NCBI GenBank assembly: GCA_026392115.1
Contig: JAPLCQ010000031.1
Span: forward strand, 26,776 to 90,775
From: Armatimonadota bacterium
GTDB taxonomy: Bacteria; Armatimonadota; Chthonomonadetes; Chthonomonadales; CAJBBX01
Direction of reading: 5' to 3'
DNA length: 64,000 bases
Under the pieces are notes generated by a model. That model was not told the DNA's origin. It worked only from the letters and a program-made list of their open reading frames with translations, and did not search any database. The position numbers were made by a program, and so were the translations under genes. Positions 18,805 through 29,435 of the stretch are shown here, piece by piece (within the stretch, counting starts at the first letter, position 1; each line of letters begins with the position of its first letter).

Positions 18805-19869
18805 ATGGAAGGCAGCTCGGCGACGGTCGACCGGCCGCGCGCGCCGAAGCGCGACACAAAGAAGAAGGTCGTTGATGCGGAAGTTGACTTCGCGCCGGCC
18901 GACGAACAGCACGATGAGTTCGTGGAAGAGCCGGCAGACGGTCTGCTCTCGCTGACGAACGCCCTCGACGATGATGTCGCACAGCCTGACCTCGAGGAGG
19001 CCGAGGACACCGCCGAAGCCGAGTACAGCGCCACGCCTCCGGCAAGGCCCGATGATGAAGAGATTCACATCTGGGTCAGCCGCGCCAGGGGTGCGCAGCT
19101 TCTCACCGCCGACGAAGAGGTGCGCCTCGCCAAGCGCGTGCAGCGCGGCGACAAGAGGGCCAAGGACGAACTGACTGAGGCCAACCTCCGCCTTGTGGTT
19201 AGCATAGCCAAGAAGTACAGCGTGCGAGGTATCCCGCTGCCCGACCTCATCCAGGAGGGCAACATCGGGCTGATTCGCGCCGTGGAGAAGTTCGACCCGG
19301 ACAAGGGCTTCCGGTTCAGCACCTATGCGACATGGTGGATTCGGCGCGCCATTGCCAGGGCCATCATCAACCAGGGGCGGACGATCCGGATTCCGGTCTA
19401 CGTGGCCGAAATCATCCATAAGCTGGTCAAGGCGTCGAGCCGCCTGCGGCAGCAGCTCCAGCGCGAGCCGACGGTGGACGAACTGGCCCGTGAGCTCGAA
19501 GTGACGGTGGACCGCGTGAACGAGATCATGCGGATCGCCATGGAGCCGCTCTCGCTGGAGACGCCCGTCGGAGAGAAGGACAACAGCCAGCTGTCCGATT
19601 TCATCCAGTCCAGCACGGCGCCGTCGCCTTCCGAGGCCACGCTGAACCTGATTCGCCGAGAGCAGATTGAGGAGGTCCTCAATAAGCTCACCGGTCGCGA
19701 GCGCGAGGTGCTCCGTATGCGCTTCGGGCTGGACGACGGTTATGCCCGTACCCTGGAGGAGGTGGGAAGCCGCCTGCACGTCACCAGGGAGCGGGTCCGC
19801 CAGATTGAGCTGCGGGCGCTGAAGAAGCTGCGCCACTTTGGTCCTGCCGAGCTGATGCGCCACGCATAG
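18805..19869 (+). CDS. rpoD: Primary RNA polymerase sigma factor (RpoD/SigA)
   Basis: GGGAGG RBS 8 nt upstream of the ATG at 18805. Acidic region 1.1; region 2 has [18 protein letters not shown] and [10 protein letters not shown]; region 4.2 has [20 protein letters not shown]. Confidence 0.93.
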   Translation: MEGSSATVDRPRAPKRDTKKKVVDAEVDFAPADEQHDEFVEEPADGLLSLTNALDDDVAQPDLEEAEDTAEAEYSATPPARPDDEEIHIWVSRARGAQLLTADEEVRLAKRVQRGDKRAKDELTEANLRLVVSIAKKYSVRGIPLPDLIQEGNIGLIRAVEKFDPDKGFRFSTYATWWIRRAIARAIINQGRTIRIPVYVAEIIHKLVKASSRLRQQLQREPTVDELARELEVTVDRVNEIMRIAMEPLSLETPVGEKDNSQLSDFIQSSTAPSPSEATLNLIRREQIEEVLNKLTGREREVLRMRFGLDDGYARTLEEVGSRLHVTRERVRQIELRALKKLRHFGPAELMRHA

Positions 19870-19896
19870 GCTCGACCAGATCGACAACGATGCGAT

Positions 19897-19920
19897 AGGG
19901 GAGGGCCCACGCCCTCCCCT
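19897..19920 (+). terminator. Hairpin after rpoD: 10-bp stem aggggagggc/gccctcccct, loop ccac
   Basis: Exact reverse-complement arms at 19897-19906 and 19911-19920. Only a single T follows. Confidence 0.45.
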
Positions 19921-19945
19921 TGGCGCGTCGGGGAGCCATGCCGCC

Positions 19946-21331
19946 ATGAGCATTCGGACCGCCGTCATCCTCGCCGCCGGCGCGTGCGCCCGCATGTGGC
20001 CCTTCGCGACGGTGCGCAACAAGGCCGCCATGCCGGTGGCCAACGTGCCCAATGTGCGCCGCCTGGCCGACAGCCTGGCGACGATCGGCATCGACCGGCT
20101 TGTGGTCGTGGTCGGCGCGCAGGCCGGCTCCGTCCGCCACGCCCTCCTGGGCTGCTCCCTGCCCGTCGCGTTCGTGGGCTCCGAGTCCGGCGGCACCGCG
20201 TCCGGCGGCACCGCGTCCGCCCTCCTGGCGGGCCTTGGGCAGGTGGAGGATGAGACCTTCCTGGTCGTGTACGGCGACACCGTGACCACCGAGGCCAACC
20301 TGCGCGCCGTGGCCCAGGCGCCCTCCGCCGCCGGCGCGGCAGGGGCCGTCCTGACCGATCCCATGCCCCACGGCGAGGGCTCCGACTGGTACCACGCCCA
20401 TGTGGAGGAGGGGCGCGTCCGCGGCATCGTCGGCCACGAATGCGACGGCGAGGTCCGCGTCTGCGGCGTGCTGGCGCTCCATCGCTCCATCATTCCCGTG
20501 CTGGAGGCCAATCCCGGCTTCATGCGGGCCGTGCCGGTGGGCGGAATGCCGCCGGCCGAGGCCGACCTGATGCAGAGCCTCAACGACTGGGACGCCGACG
20601 TGGCCGCGGTGCCCGCCACCGACTTCGTCATCGACATGGACAAGCCCTGGCAGGCGCTGGCGGCCAACCACGCCATGGCGCGGCGCCTCACGGACGGGCT
20701 TACGGAGAGCGTGATCCATCCCACGGCGGCCATCAGCGACGGCGCGGAGATATCCGGTTTCGTGCAGGTCGGGGCGGGCTCCGTCATCGGCAAAAGATCC
20801 GTGCTCAGGGGGCCGGCTATCATCGGCGCGGGCACGCGGCTCATCAACGGTCCCATCCTCGAGGGCGGCAACGTCATTGGCGACGGGACGCGGCTCAGCG
20901 ACTACGGCCTGGTGGGCCAGTACTCCGTGGTGGGCCACCACTGTGTGGTGGGCCATGGAGCCGAGATCGACGGGGCCATGCTCGACGGCTCGTACCTGTG
21001 GCATTACTGCGAGGTATGCGGTTTGGTGGGCCACTCCGTGGATATCGGCGCCGCGACGGTTTGCGGTACGCTTCGCTTCGACGACGGCAACGCGGAGCAT
21101 CGCGTCCGTGGCCGCCGCGAGCGCCCGACCGTGCTGGCGAACAGCACCTACTACGGCGACTTCTCGCGCACCGGCGTGAACGTCATAACCATGCCGGGCG
21201 CCAGGATCGGCTGCTACGCCTGCGTCGGCGCGGGGGTGGTCGTCACCGGCGATGTGCCGGACCGTACCCTCCGCCTCCTGAAGCAGGAGACGGTGGACCG
21301 CCCGTGGGGCCCGGAGCGCTACGGCTGGTAG
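19946..21331 (+). CDS. Sugar-phosphate nucleotidyltransferase fused to a left-handed beta-helix (GlmU / eIF2B-gamma-like architecture)
   Basis: N-terminal AVILAAGACARM...KAAMPV NTP-transferase pattern. The C-terminal half is rich in hexapeptide repeats (IGAGTRLINGPILEGGNVIGDGTRL...). Confidence 0.75.
   Translation: MSIRTAVILAAGACARMWPFATVRNKAAMPVANVPNVRRLADSLATIGIDRLVVVVGAQAGSVRHALLGCSLPVAFVGSESGGTASGGTASALLAGLGQVEDETFLVVYGDTVTTEANLRAVAQAPSAAGAAGAVLTDPMPHGEGSDWYHAHVEEGRVRGIVGHECDGEVRVCGVLALHRSIIPVLEANPGFMRAVPVGGMPPAEADLMQSLNDWDADVAAVPATDFVIDMDKPWQALAANHAMARRLTDGLTESVIHPTAAISDGAEISGFVQVGAGSVIGKRSVLRGPAIIGAGTRLINGPILEGGNVIGDGTRLSDYGLVGQYSVVGHHCVVGHGAEIDGAMLDGSYLWHYCEVCGLVGHSVDIGAATVCGTLRFDDGNAEHRVRGRRERPTVLANSTYYGDFSRTGVNVITMPGARIGCYACVGAGVVVTGDVPDRTLRLLKQETVDRPWGPERYGW
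20186..20220 (+). repeat. Perfect in-frame tandem duplication of a 15-nt unit (tccggcggcaccgcg, 2.3 copies), encoding SGGTA-SGGTA-S
   Basis: 20186-20200 and 20201-20215 are identical, and the next 5 nt repeat again. It lies inside the nucleotidyltransferase domain. Confidence 0.9.
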
Positions 21332-21458
21332 CCGCCACGGGCGAGGGTTCGCGCTGAGCCCGCCGAATCGCGCCGGACCTGGTGGCTCGGGCGTCCGTGG
21401 CCGAGCGCCTCGTGGTTCGCCCGTTGGCGTTGCAGGAAGAGGTCTGGGCCTGAGGCGC

Positions 21459-21649
21459 GGCGGTTGAAACCGCAGCAACGAACGGCGGGAAGTCGCCCTT
21501 CGGCGACTCGGCGAGGACCTCGGTGCGGTGGCTGTTCGAGAGTGCCCGGAGGGGCACTTCGTGCCGTTCGTTGCCCGCGACTTCAGTCGCCGGGCCCCGG
21601 GACCCGCCTGTGGCTCGGCCTATCGCCGGCATCCGGTTTCCTCACCGCC
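21459..21649 (+). ncRNA. Candidate structured RNA or nested inverted-repeat element of about 190 nt; family unknown, strand tentative
   Basis: Outer helix 21459-21472 / 21634-21649: ggcggt+gaaaccg pairs with cggtttc+accgcc. Inner 12-bp perfect helix 21475-21486 / 21563-21574: gcaacgaacggc / gccgttcgttgc. That helix encloses two 7-bp hairpins (21491-21508, loop CTTC; 21541-21558, loop GGAG). No credible ORF in the region. Confidence 0.3.
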
Positions 21650-21868
21650 AGGGTCGGACCTCGGCCCGGCCGGCCCGCGCTGCTTCGGCTGCGTCAGACG
21701 CCGCAGCGGGTGCGGGATGCCGCCGTCGCTGTGGCAGCTCGAACAGGTCCATGTGGACCCGTGTCCGGTGCGCCTCCGGCATAGTCAGTGCTCAGCGAGT
21801 CTGTCCTGGTTAGGCGCTCAGCGGCTCTGTCCAGGGCCTTGGATCCGGCATCGTGTCCGTGCCCGCCC

Positions 21869-21898
21869 TTGACTCTCCGCGGCCCGCCGAAGTATCAT
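21869..21898 (+). promoter_or_regulatory. groES promoter candidate: TTGACT-18-TATCAT
   Basis: -35 at 21869-21874 and -10 at 21893-21898, immediately followed by the CIRCE operator. Confidence 0.6.
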
Positions 21899-21900
21899 GG

Positions 21901-21927
21901 TTAGCACTCTGGCGGTGAGAGTGCTAA
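21901..21927 (+). promoter_or_regulatory. CIRCE operator (HrcA binding site): TTAGCACTC-N9-GAGTGCTAA
   Basis: Exact match to the CIRCE consensus inverted repeat, 47 nt upstream of the groES start. Confidence 0.95.
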
Positions 21928-21973
21928 TCACCGCCGGTCACTCAGCGTATGGAACTCGGGAGGTTGAACGACT

Positions 21974-22261
21974 ATGGCATTGCGACCGCTTGGCACAAAG
22001 ATCGTCGTCGAGCCTGCGGCGGAAGAAGAGAAGACCGCAGGCGGCATCGTTCTTCCCGACACGGCGAAGAAGAAGTCCCAGGAAGGCACCGTCATCGCAG
22101 TCGGTACCGGCCGGACGCTTGATGACGGCACCAAGGTGCCCGTCGCCGTTGCAGTCGGACAGACGGTGATCTACTCGAAGTACGGCGGCACCGAGATCGC
22201 GCTCCAGGGCAAAGACTACATCGTCCTGGACGAGGATCAGGTCTACGCGATCAAGGAGTAG
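21974..22261 (+). CDS. groES: Co-chaperonin GroES
   Basis: [14 protein letters not shown]...[16 protein letters not shown]...GTVIAVG, 95 aa. Confidence 0.97.
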   Translation: MALRPLGTKIVVEPAAEEEKTAGGIVLPDTAKKKSQEGTVIAVGTGRTLDDGTKVPVAVAVGQTVIYSKYGGTEIALQGKDYIVLDEDQVYAIKE

Positions 22262-22317
22262 CGCTCCTGGAGCTTGAGCGGCCCCTGACGCAGGACGCCG
22301 CATCTGATACGGAGTAG

Positions 22318-23946
<1,629 letters not shown>

Positions 23947-23968
23947 TCCCACGCCCGACCGCTGAACC

Positions 23969-24009
23969 GCACCGAACCCCCGGCGCCGCATCGGCCGGGG
24001 GTTCGGTGC
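23969..24009. terminator. Bidirectional terminator hairpin between groEL and the convergent FGE-domain gene
   Basis: 16-bp perfect stem gcaccgaacccccggc (23969-23984) / gccgggggttcggtgc (23994-24009), with further flanking complementarity ccgctga/tcagcgg. Confidence 0.65.
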
Positions 24010-24010
24010 G

Positions 24011-25942
24011 TCAGCGGGCGCAGCGGAAGCCGACGGGCAGGTAGTAGAAGAGTTGCGGGCCCGTGCTGGGCCGCCGGTCCATGCTGTCCATCGGCACGAC
24101 GTGGCCCATCTCGGGCCGGAGCCGCCGGGGCCGTTCGCGCCAGACCGCGTAGCCGTCCTGCAGCGCCGACTGGAAGCCCGGGCGGCTGGTGGGCAGCGTG
24201 ACGGCGTCGGCCTCGTACTCCGAGCCCACGGTCAGCTTCACTCGCGACACCGGAGCCACGTTGGCAAGCAGGTCGCTGAGATTGGACCACATCATGAGGT
24301 CGTCCGATGTCGGTCCGAACATGGCCCGCCGGTAGAGGCGCGAGAGCGGGGGCAGCAGGCCTCCGATGGACGAACCCACGTCGAGAGGCCGCGGGCCGAA
24401 CGTCTGGGTCCGAGCGGGCTCGAAACCGAACTGCAACCAGAAGGTCCGTCGGTTCAGGGGCCGCCACGACGGCGGCGCGACCAGTTCCGCGGCGTTCAGG
24501 ATCATGTCCTCGGCGCCCTCGGGCGACTTGTCGAAACCTCGGCTCCCAACCGGCAACGCCAGCAACGGGTCCCGCCATGCCTGCGCAAGGGTCTCGTATG
24601 CTCTGACGGCCTCGTCATGCGACCATTGGGCGGCCTCTCGGGTTGCCGGCGTCCGTGAGATCCACGGAAGCGCATAGGGCGAGGGATGCAGGCCACGATC
24701 GACCCCTGGGTTGGTGCGAAGGAACGCCTCGTGCGAGCGGCAGAGCTTCTGCCACGCGGCGTCTCGATCGCGGAGGTAGGCTCGCACCCAGTCGGGCGGT
24801 TGGGCCGGGCCATTCGGACCCATGGCCGCCCTGCACCACTCATAGGGGGTGGGGAGCCGCTTGCCGTGGGCGCGGGCATAGCCCTGGGCGCCGGGGAGCG
24901 GGACGCCAAGGACGGGTAGGTCGGCGATCTCGTCGGTGAAGGGCTCCGCGTCTGATCCCCAGGTAGTGGGGCGGTGGCGGGTGCGGAAGGCGAGCGAGCG
25001 TCGGCCATCGGCGGGCAGGCCGAGCCAGTAGCGCATGTACTCGCGGTTGGTCACCTCGTGGGTGTCGATCCGGTAAGGGGCCAGGCAGGCCGTGGCGGAG
25101 CCCTGCAGGTCAGGCTGCTGTGCGACCACCTGAGCAGGGACGGTTGTCGGGCCGCCCTCGATGGCCACCATGGGTCCGTCGGCCTCTGCGGGCTCAGCAG
25201 TGGGCGCCGCGGTCACGCAGTTGGTGGCGTCGCCCAGCTCCTCGAAGTCGCGCACATCGGCTGACCGGGCGCGGGCGTCGACGGCGCAGACAAGACCCAC
25301 GATGTGTCCGTCGGCGGTTCGCACGGCGTCGCCGAGGGATGGCGATGTGGCGGCCTCATCCCATGTCGCCGACCAGCGTGGCGCGCCGGGCTCGTCATGC
25401 GGTCCAGCCGGCTTTAGCTTCAGTTGTGTCGTGCGCGGCTCGGGTCCACCGGCGTGGATGGCCTCGCAGTCCGACGGCACGCTCCCTCCCGGAACCAGCA
25501 TCGGCCTGACGGCGGGCCAGTGCGTCCCCACGCACCTGAGGACGCTCCAGCCCGTGCGCACGGGTCCGCCGGCGACGACGCCGGCCGGCATTTTGCGTTC
25601 AGCCGGCGTGCCGGTCCCGAAGCGGGCCTCGATAGCCTGCTTGCCGCCCTCCTCGGGGCGGCCGGCCACCGTGATGGTCCGTGAGAGGAGCTCTGACGGC
25701 GCCAGGAGGAAGCCGTCGCAGCGGATCACGAGCGCGGCGCCCGTCCGCGTGAAGCTGACCGATCCGTCGTCGGCGGTTGTCACGACGCGGAGGCCCACGA
25801 CCGCCTGCTGCGGGGGCCCCGCATGTGCGGCAGGCCACGCCGCCGCCGGACTCGCCTGGCGCCGTGCGCCTGCCGCCAAGCAGGCAACGGTCCATGCGAC
25901 CGCGAAGCAGATGCGTCCCAATGCGGGCGCCATACTCATCAA
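24011..25942 (-). CDS. Secreted protein with an FGE-sulfatase (SUMF1/EgtB/PvdO) domain and an N-terminal trypsin-like region
   Basis: Signal-like N-terminus. YRIDTHEVTNREYMRYW and the C-terminal ...YYLPVGFRCAR are typical of the FGE-sulfatase fold. The N-terminal half has DGFLLAPSELL and GHIVGLVCA patterns. Confidence 0.65.
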   Translation of the reverse strand: MMSMAPALGRICFAVAWTVACLAAGARRQASPAAAWPAAHAGPPQQAVVGLRVVTTADDGSVSFTRTGAALVIRCDGFLLAPSELLSRTITVAGRPEEGGKQAIEARFGTGTPAERKMPAGVVAGGPVRTGWSVLRCVGTHWPAVRPMLVPGGSVPSDCEAIHAGGPEPRTTQLKLKPAGPHDEPGAPRWSATWDEAATSPSLGDAVRTADGHIVGLVCAVDARARSADVRDFEELGDATNCVTAAPTAEPAEADGPMVAIEGGPTTVPAQVVAQQPDLQGSATACLAPYRIDTHEVTNREYMRYWLGLPADGRRSLAFRTRHRPTTWGSDAEPFTDEIADLPVLGVPLPGAQGYARAHGKRLPTPYEWCRAAMGPNGPAQPPDWVRAYLRDRDAAWQKLCRSHEAFLRTNPGVDRGLHPSPYALPWISRTPATREAAQWSHDEAVRAYETLAQAWRDPLLALPVGSRGFDKSPEGAEDMILNAAELVAPPSWRPLNRRTFWLQFGFEPARTQTFGPRPLDVGSSIGGLLPPLSRLYRRAMFGPTSDDLMMWSNLSDLLANVAPVSRVKLTVGSEYEADAVTLPTSRPGFQSALQDGYAVWRERPRRLRPEMGHVVPMDSMDRRPSTGPQLFYYLPVGFRCAR

Positions 25943-26401
25943 CGTCCTCCATGTGTCGGACGCTGCGAGTGGCGGGTTGGGTTACACGCCGGGCGCAACC
26001 GGAGGCGCCGGCGCCGCGGTACGCCATACCTCCCATCGTCGACGGCTGTGCCACTCGGACTTGAAGCGCCTCGGGCACGAGAACCAGAGCGAACTCCACA
26101 TCCGGACCCTCAGCCGCGATCCGCGCGACTTGAGGGCTATACGTCGCCTAAGCACCGCTGCACACTGCTGTGCCGCTCATCGGTTGCCTCCAGACTGAAC
26201 AGGAACCACCAGAATCGGCCCTGCGAGTGCAAGACCCACCGCTCAATAGCCAAGAGTATCACATCGTAAACCGGTTGTCAACAGACCTTCGCGCCCTATC
26301 AGGTGGTACGCGGGGCCATGGCGCACTCGCCGCCCAGGCGGGGTACCCTTACCACCGGACGCCGGTCTGGCGGACCCTCACCCGGTAGTCAGGAGGCCGC
26401 C

Positions 26402-27028
26402 ATGCGCGTTCATGTCTTCAGCGTCGGTCCGATGGAGAACAACACCTACGTCATTGAGGACGAGGCCACGGGCGCCGCGGCGGTCATCGACCCGGCCTTC
26501 GGCAGCGAGGCCGTCCTGGTCTTTGTCCAGTCGCGCGAACTACGGCTCGAGTGGGTGCTGAACACGCATGCCCACCTCGATCACGTGGTCATGAACGCTG
26601 ACTTCGTTAACGCGACCGCCGCCCTCCTGGCGATCCACCCCGAGGAGTTGCCTCTGCTGCGCGCGACGCGAGAGCAGGCGGCCTGGTTCGGCGTCGAGCC
26701 GCCCGAGTATGTGGAGCCGGGGCGGCTCCTGGCGGATGGTGATCTGGTTCGCGTGGGTGACTCGGTGCTTGAGGTAGCCCACACGCCGGGTCATTCGGCA
26801 GGGAGCGTCTGCTTCCTGTCCCCGGGAGTGGCCGTCGTCGGCGATGTCCTCTTTGCGGGTTCCATCGGCCGCACCGACCTGCCTGGCGGCGACATGGACA
26901 CCCTCCTGACGAGCATCCGGACGAGGCTCTATACGCTCGATCCGGCAACGCGCATACTCCCGGGACATGGCCCCGAGACGACCGTGCTGGAGGAGAAGCT
27001 GCACAACCCCTTCGTCGGTGCGGCCTGA
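26402..27028 (+). CDS. MBL-fold metallo-hydrolase (glyoxalase II-like)
   Basis: AGGAGG RBS. NTHAHLDHV (HxHxDH), TPGHSAGS, and GSIGRTDLPGGD. Confidence 0.85.
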   Translation: MRVHVFSVGPMENNTYVIEDEATGAAAVIDPAFGSEAVLVFVQSRELRLEWVLNTHAHLDHVVMNADFVNATAALLAIHPEELPLLRATREQAAWFGVEPPEYVEPGRLLADGDLVRVGDSVLEVAHTPGHSAGSVCFLSPGVAVVGDVLFAGSIGRTDLPGGDMDTLLTSIRTRLYTLDPATRILPGHGPETTVLEEKLHNPFVGAA

Positions 27029-27040
27029 GAGGAGAGAACC

Positions 27041-27484
27041 ATGGCGCTTGTGGAGACGGGACTGGTTCGGCTGACGCTGGAGGGCGCTCAGGTGGCTCTG
27101 GAAGCCGCCATGAACCGGGCGCGGGCGATAGGCGTGGACATGGATGTGGCGGTGACCGATGCGGCGGGCATCCTCCTGGCCTTCGCCCGCATGGACGGCG
27201 CCAAGCTGACGAGCGTGGAGATCGCCGTCAACAAGGCCTTCACCGCTGCCTGCACCCGAAAGGGCACGCACGAGTACGCCGCCGTGGCCGGTTGCGGCGG
27301 GGGCGCCTTCGGCATCCACGCCAGCCACGGAGGACGCTTCAGCATCTTCGGCGGCGGCGTGCCCATCGTCGTGGGTGGGCAGTGCATTGGGGCCGTAGGT
27401 TGCAGCAGCGGCTCGGCGGAGCAGGACCGGGATGTGGCCGACGCCGGCGTTTGCGCGTTGCTGGAGGCCATCGGCGAGGCCTAA
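27041..27484 (+). CDS. GlcG/HbpS-like (DUF336) heme-binding protein
   Basis: GGGVPIVVGGQCIGAVGCSSGSAEQDRDVA is the family's core motif. Confidence 0.8.
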   Translation: MALVETGLVRLTLEGAQVALEAAMNRARAIGVDMDVAVTDAAGILLAFARMDGAKLTSVEIAVNKAFTAACTRKGTHEYAAVAGCGGGAFGIHASHGGRFSIFGGGVPIVVGGQCIGAVGCSSGSAEQDRDVADAGVCALLEAIGEA

Positions 27485-29430
27485 AGGCCGCCGATCCCCG
27501 ACTCGGGCGGCAGGTGCCAACCGAAGATCATGTCCAGTACCGTTCGCGCGAACCCAGTGGCGAACTCGCCCAGCACCAGGCCGATGAAGAAGGGCAGGGC
27601 GCGCTGGTAGGTCTTCAGGCCGCCGTAGCGCAGGATCAGCACCTTCGCCATCCAGCTCACGAAGATGGGTAGCCAGAGCCGGAACAGCCCGAAGCTCCCC
27701 GCCACCAGGTAGCCCGCCGGATGGAAGGGCCACCAGACGAACCGTGTCCGCATGCCGGCCAGGAACACCGTGAAGAGCGTGCCTAAGGCGTAGGCCATCA
27801 TGGAGCCCGGGTCCGCCTGTTGCGGCGAGGTGAGCCAGCCGTCCAGCTTCGACCAGGGCTCGTTGCCGAACGCCCACATGGCCGGGCCGCGGAACTTGGC
27901 GCTCTCCAGACCAACCACATAGGTGCTGTGCAGGTAGGCCCAGAAAGCCGCCACGGCCCCGGCGCCCGTCGCCAGCACGATGGCGAGCGTCAGCGCGGGC
28001 AGGTGCGTGTTCGTCTTCCTCCCGAGGCGCAGCGCGTCCACGTGCGTCTGCATGGGGAACTGGCGATGCGTCCGGGAGAGGAAGAAGAAGAGCGTCATCA
28101 CGGTCAGGTCGCCGCGTGTCCACGCCGCGGTGCCCGAAACGCGCTGGAGCACCTGGTCGGCGCCCACCTGATAGAGCTCGAAGGTCGGCAGGCCCAGCTC
28201 GGCGCGAAGACGAGCCACTACGATGACGATGACGAAGAGGATGCCCAGATAGAGGGCCGCGGTGGCTGGGCGCATCCCCGCCGTCACGGCGAAGGTCACC
28301 ATTCCAGCCGCTCCAGCCAGGGCGCCGAAGACCGCCATGCGGTAGCTCATGGCCTCGGGCTCATCCCCGGGACCCGGCTTCGGCGGGTGCATGGCCTCGT
28401 CCCAGGCGACCGCGAGGTGGCGTCGAGCGGCCCACAGGATGGCCAGGAATACACCCAGAATCGCGCCAACCCCCTGCTGCTGCACGTAGGGGAACTTGCC
28501 CCATTCGGTATAGCCCATCATGGCCGCGCCGACCATCTCCAGGCGGCTGAGGAGCATGAAGAACCAGCACGAGAAGCCCAGTTGGGTAGGCAACAGGAAG
28601 GCAAGGCCATAGGCGAATGGGAAGCTCGAGACCGGCAACGGGCCGGCCGCGTTCCAGGGGTAGGTCTGGGCCGTGTAGATCTGGACCCCGATCGGCAAGC
28701 CGGGGACGGACGGGACCAGCGCGTGGATCAGGTTGACGATCTGGCCGGTGGCCCCGATGCCTGCTCCGATCCAGAAGACCGGAGAGCCCGTGAGGCTTCC
28801 CGGTTGCGTGATGATCTGGATCGGAATCTCGGCGATCGGATAGTTGAGCCGCTCGGCGTCCCACTGTTTGCGAAGCAACGAGGAGAGGCAGAGCATGGTC
28901 CACGCCACCATCATGACGAACAGCGTCCACCAGCCCAGAGGCGCCAGCCAGGGCCGGATATGCTCCCAAGTGTAGAGGGTGTTGTTGCCCTGGTAGAGGG
29001 CGTCGATGACCGACTTGTCCGCCACCACAAGGTGCGGGGCGATGTGCGGCACGATCTTGTCCGCCCAGCCCGTCTCCGGAGTGCTGTGGCGGAAAACGTA
29101 GGTCAGCGTGGTGAATAGGATCTGCAGTTGGTCGTGCCCGGCCAGGTTGCTGGCCACCGCGGCAATGATGTAGGCGCCTGCCAGTTCGGCCTGGCTGAGC
29201 ATCCACCTCGGGCAAAGGCGGCGGAGCAGGGCATTGATGCCCATCAGGACCAGCAGCAGCGTGACGCAGTTGAAGAAGATGGCCTGGGTGGTGGCGTTGT
29301 CCGAGTACCGGACGTACTCGATCTCGGTGATCCACCAGGCGTTGGCTGGGATGAGCAGGGCGCAGAGCAACGCCACGCGAAGCGTGAGGGGGGACCGGCG
29401 ACCTTCCGTAGGTCCTGCGTGCACGGCCAT
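27481..29430 (-). CDS. Uncharacterised polytopic membrane protein (649 aa, more than 12 predicted TM helices)
   Basis: Long G/C-third-position ORF with many hydrophobic segments rich in Trp/Tyr/Pro. Its stop overlaps the glcG stop. 5-nt gap from the upstream LTD gene. Confidence 0.7.
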   Translation of the reverse strand: MAVHAGPTEGRRSPLTLRVALLCALLIPANAWWITEIEYVRYSDNATTQAIFFNCVTLLLVLMGINALLRRLCPRWMLSQAELAGAYIIAAVASNLAGHDQLQILFTTLTYVFRHSTPETGWADKIVPHIAPHLVVADKSVIDALYQGNNTLYTWEHIRPWLAPLGWWTLFVMMVAWTMLCLSSLLRKQWDAERLNYPIAEIPIQIITQPGSLTGSPVFWIGAGIGATGQIVNLIHALVPSVPGLPIGVQIYTAQTYPWNAAGPLPVSSFPFAYGLAFLLPTQLGFSCWFFMLLSRLEMVGAAMMGYTEWGKFPYVQQQGVGAILGVFLAILWAARRHLAVAWDEAMHPPKPGPGDEPEAMSYRMAVFGALAGAAGMVTFAVTAGMRPATAALYLGILFVIVIVVARLRAELGLPTFELYQVGADQVLQRVSGTAAWTRGDLTVMTLFFFLSRTHRQFPMQTHVDALRLGRKTNTHLPALTLAIVLATGAGAVAAFWAYLHSTYVVGLESAKFRGPAMWAFGNEPWSKLDGWLTSPQQADPGSMMAYALGTLFTVFLAGMRTRFVWWPFHPAGYLVAGSFGLFRLWLPIFVSWMAKVLILRYGGLKTYQRALPFFIGLVLGEFATGFARTVLDMIFGWHLPPESGIGGL

Positions 29431-29435
29431 GCGGG

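Noticed and set aside
18802-20877. 691-aa minus-strand ORF spanning rpoD and the nucleotidyltransferase gene
   Set aside because: It is antisense to two genes with strong family motifs. Its translation is Arg/Pro/Ala-rich low-complexity sequence, typical of off-frame ORFs in GC-rich DNA.
24011-25942. Possibility that the FGE-sulfatase-domain protein is the variable target of a diversity-generating retroelement
   Set aside because: The window has no reverse transcriptase gene and no template-repeat copy of the gene's 3' end that I could find. The C-terminal sequence shows no obvious adenine-specific variability signature.
25943-26401. 460-nt intergenic region upstream of the MBL hydrolase, examined for a riboswitch or sRNA
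   Set aside because: I found only short complementarity (ggtggta/taccacc, 7 bp) and no motif I could match to a known riboswitch class. The evidence is too weak to report as a feature.
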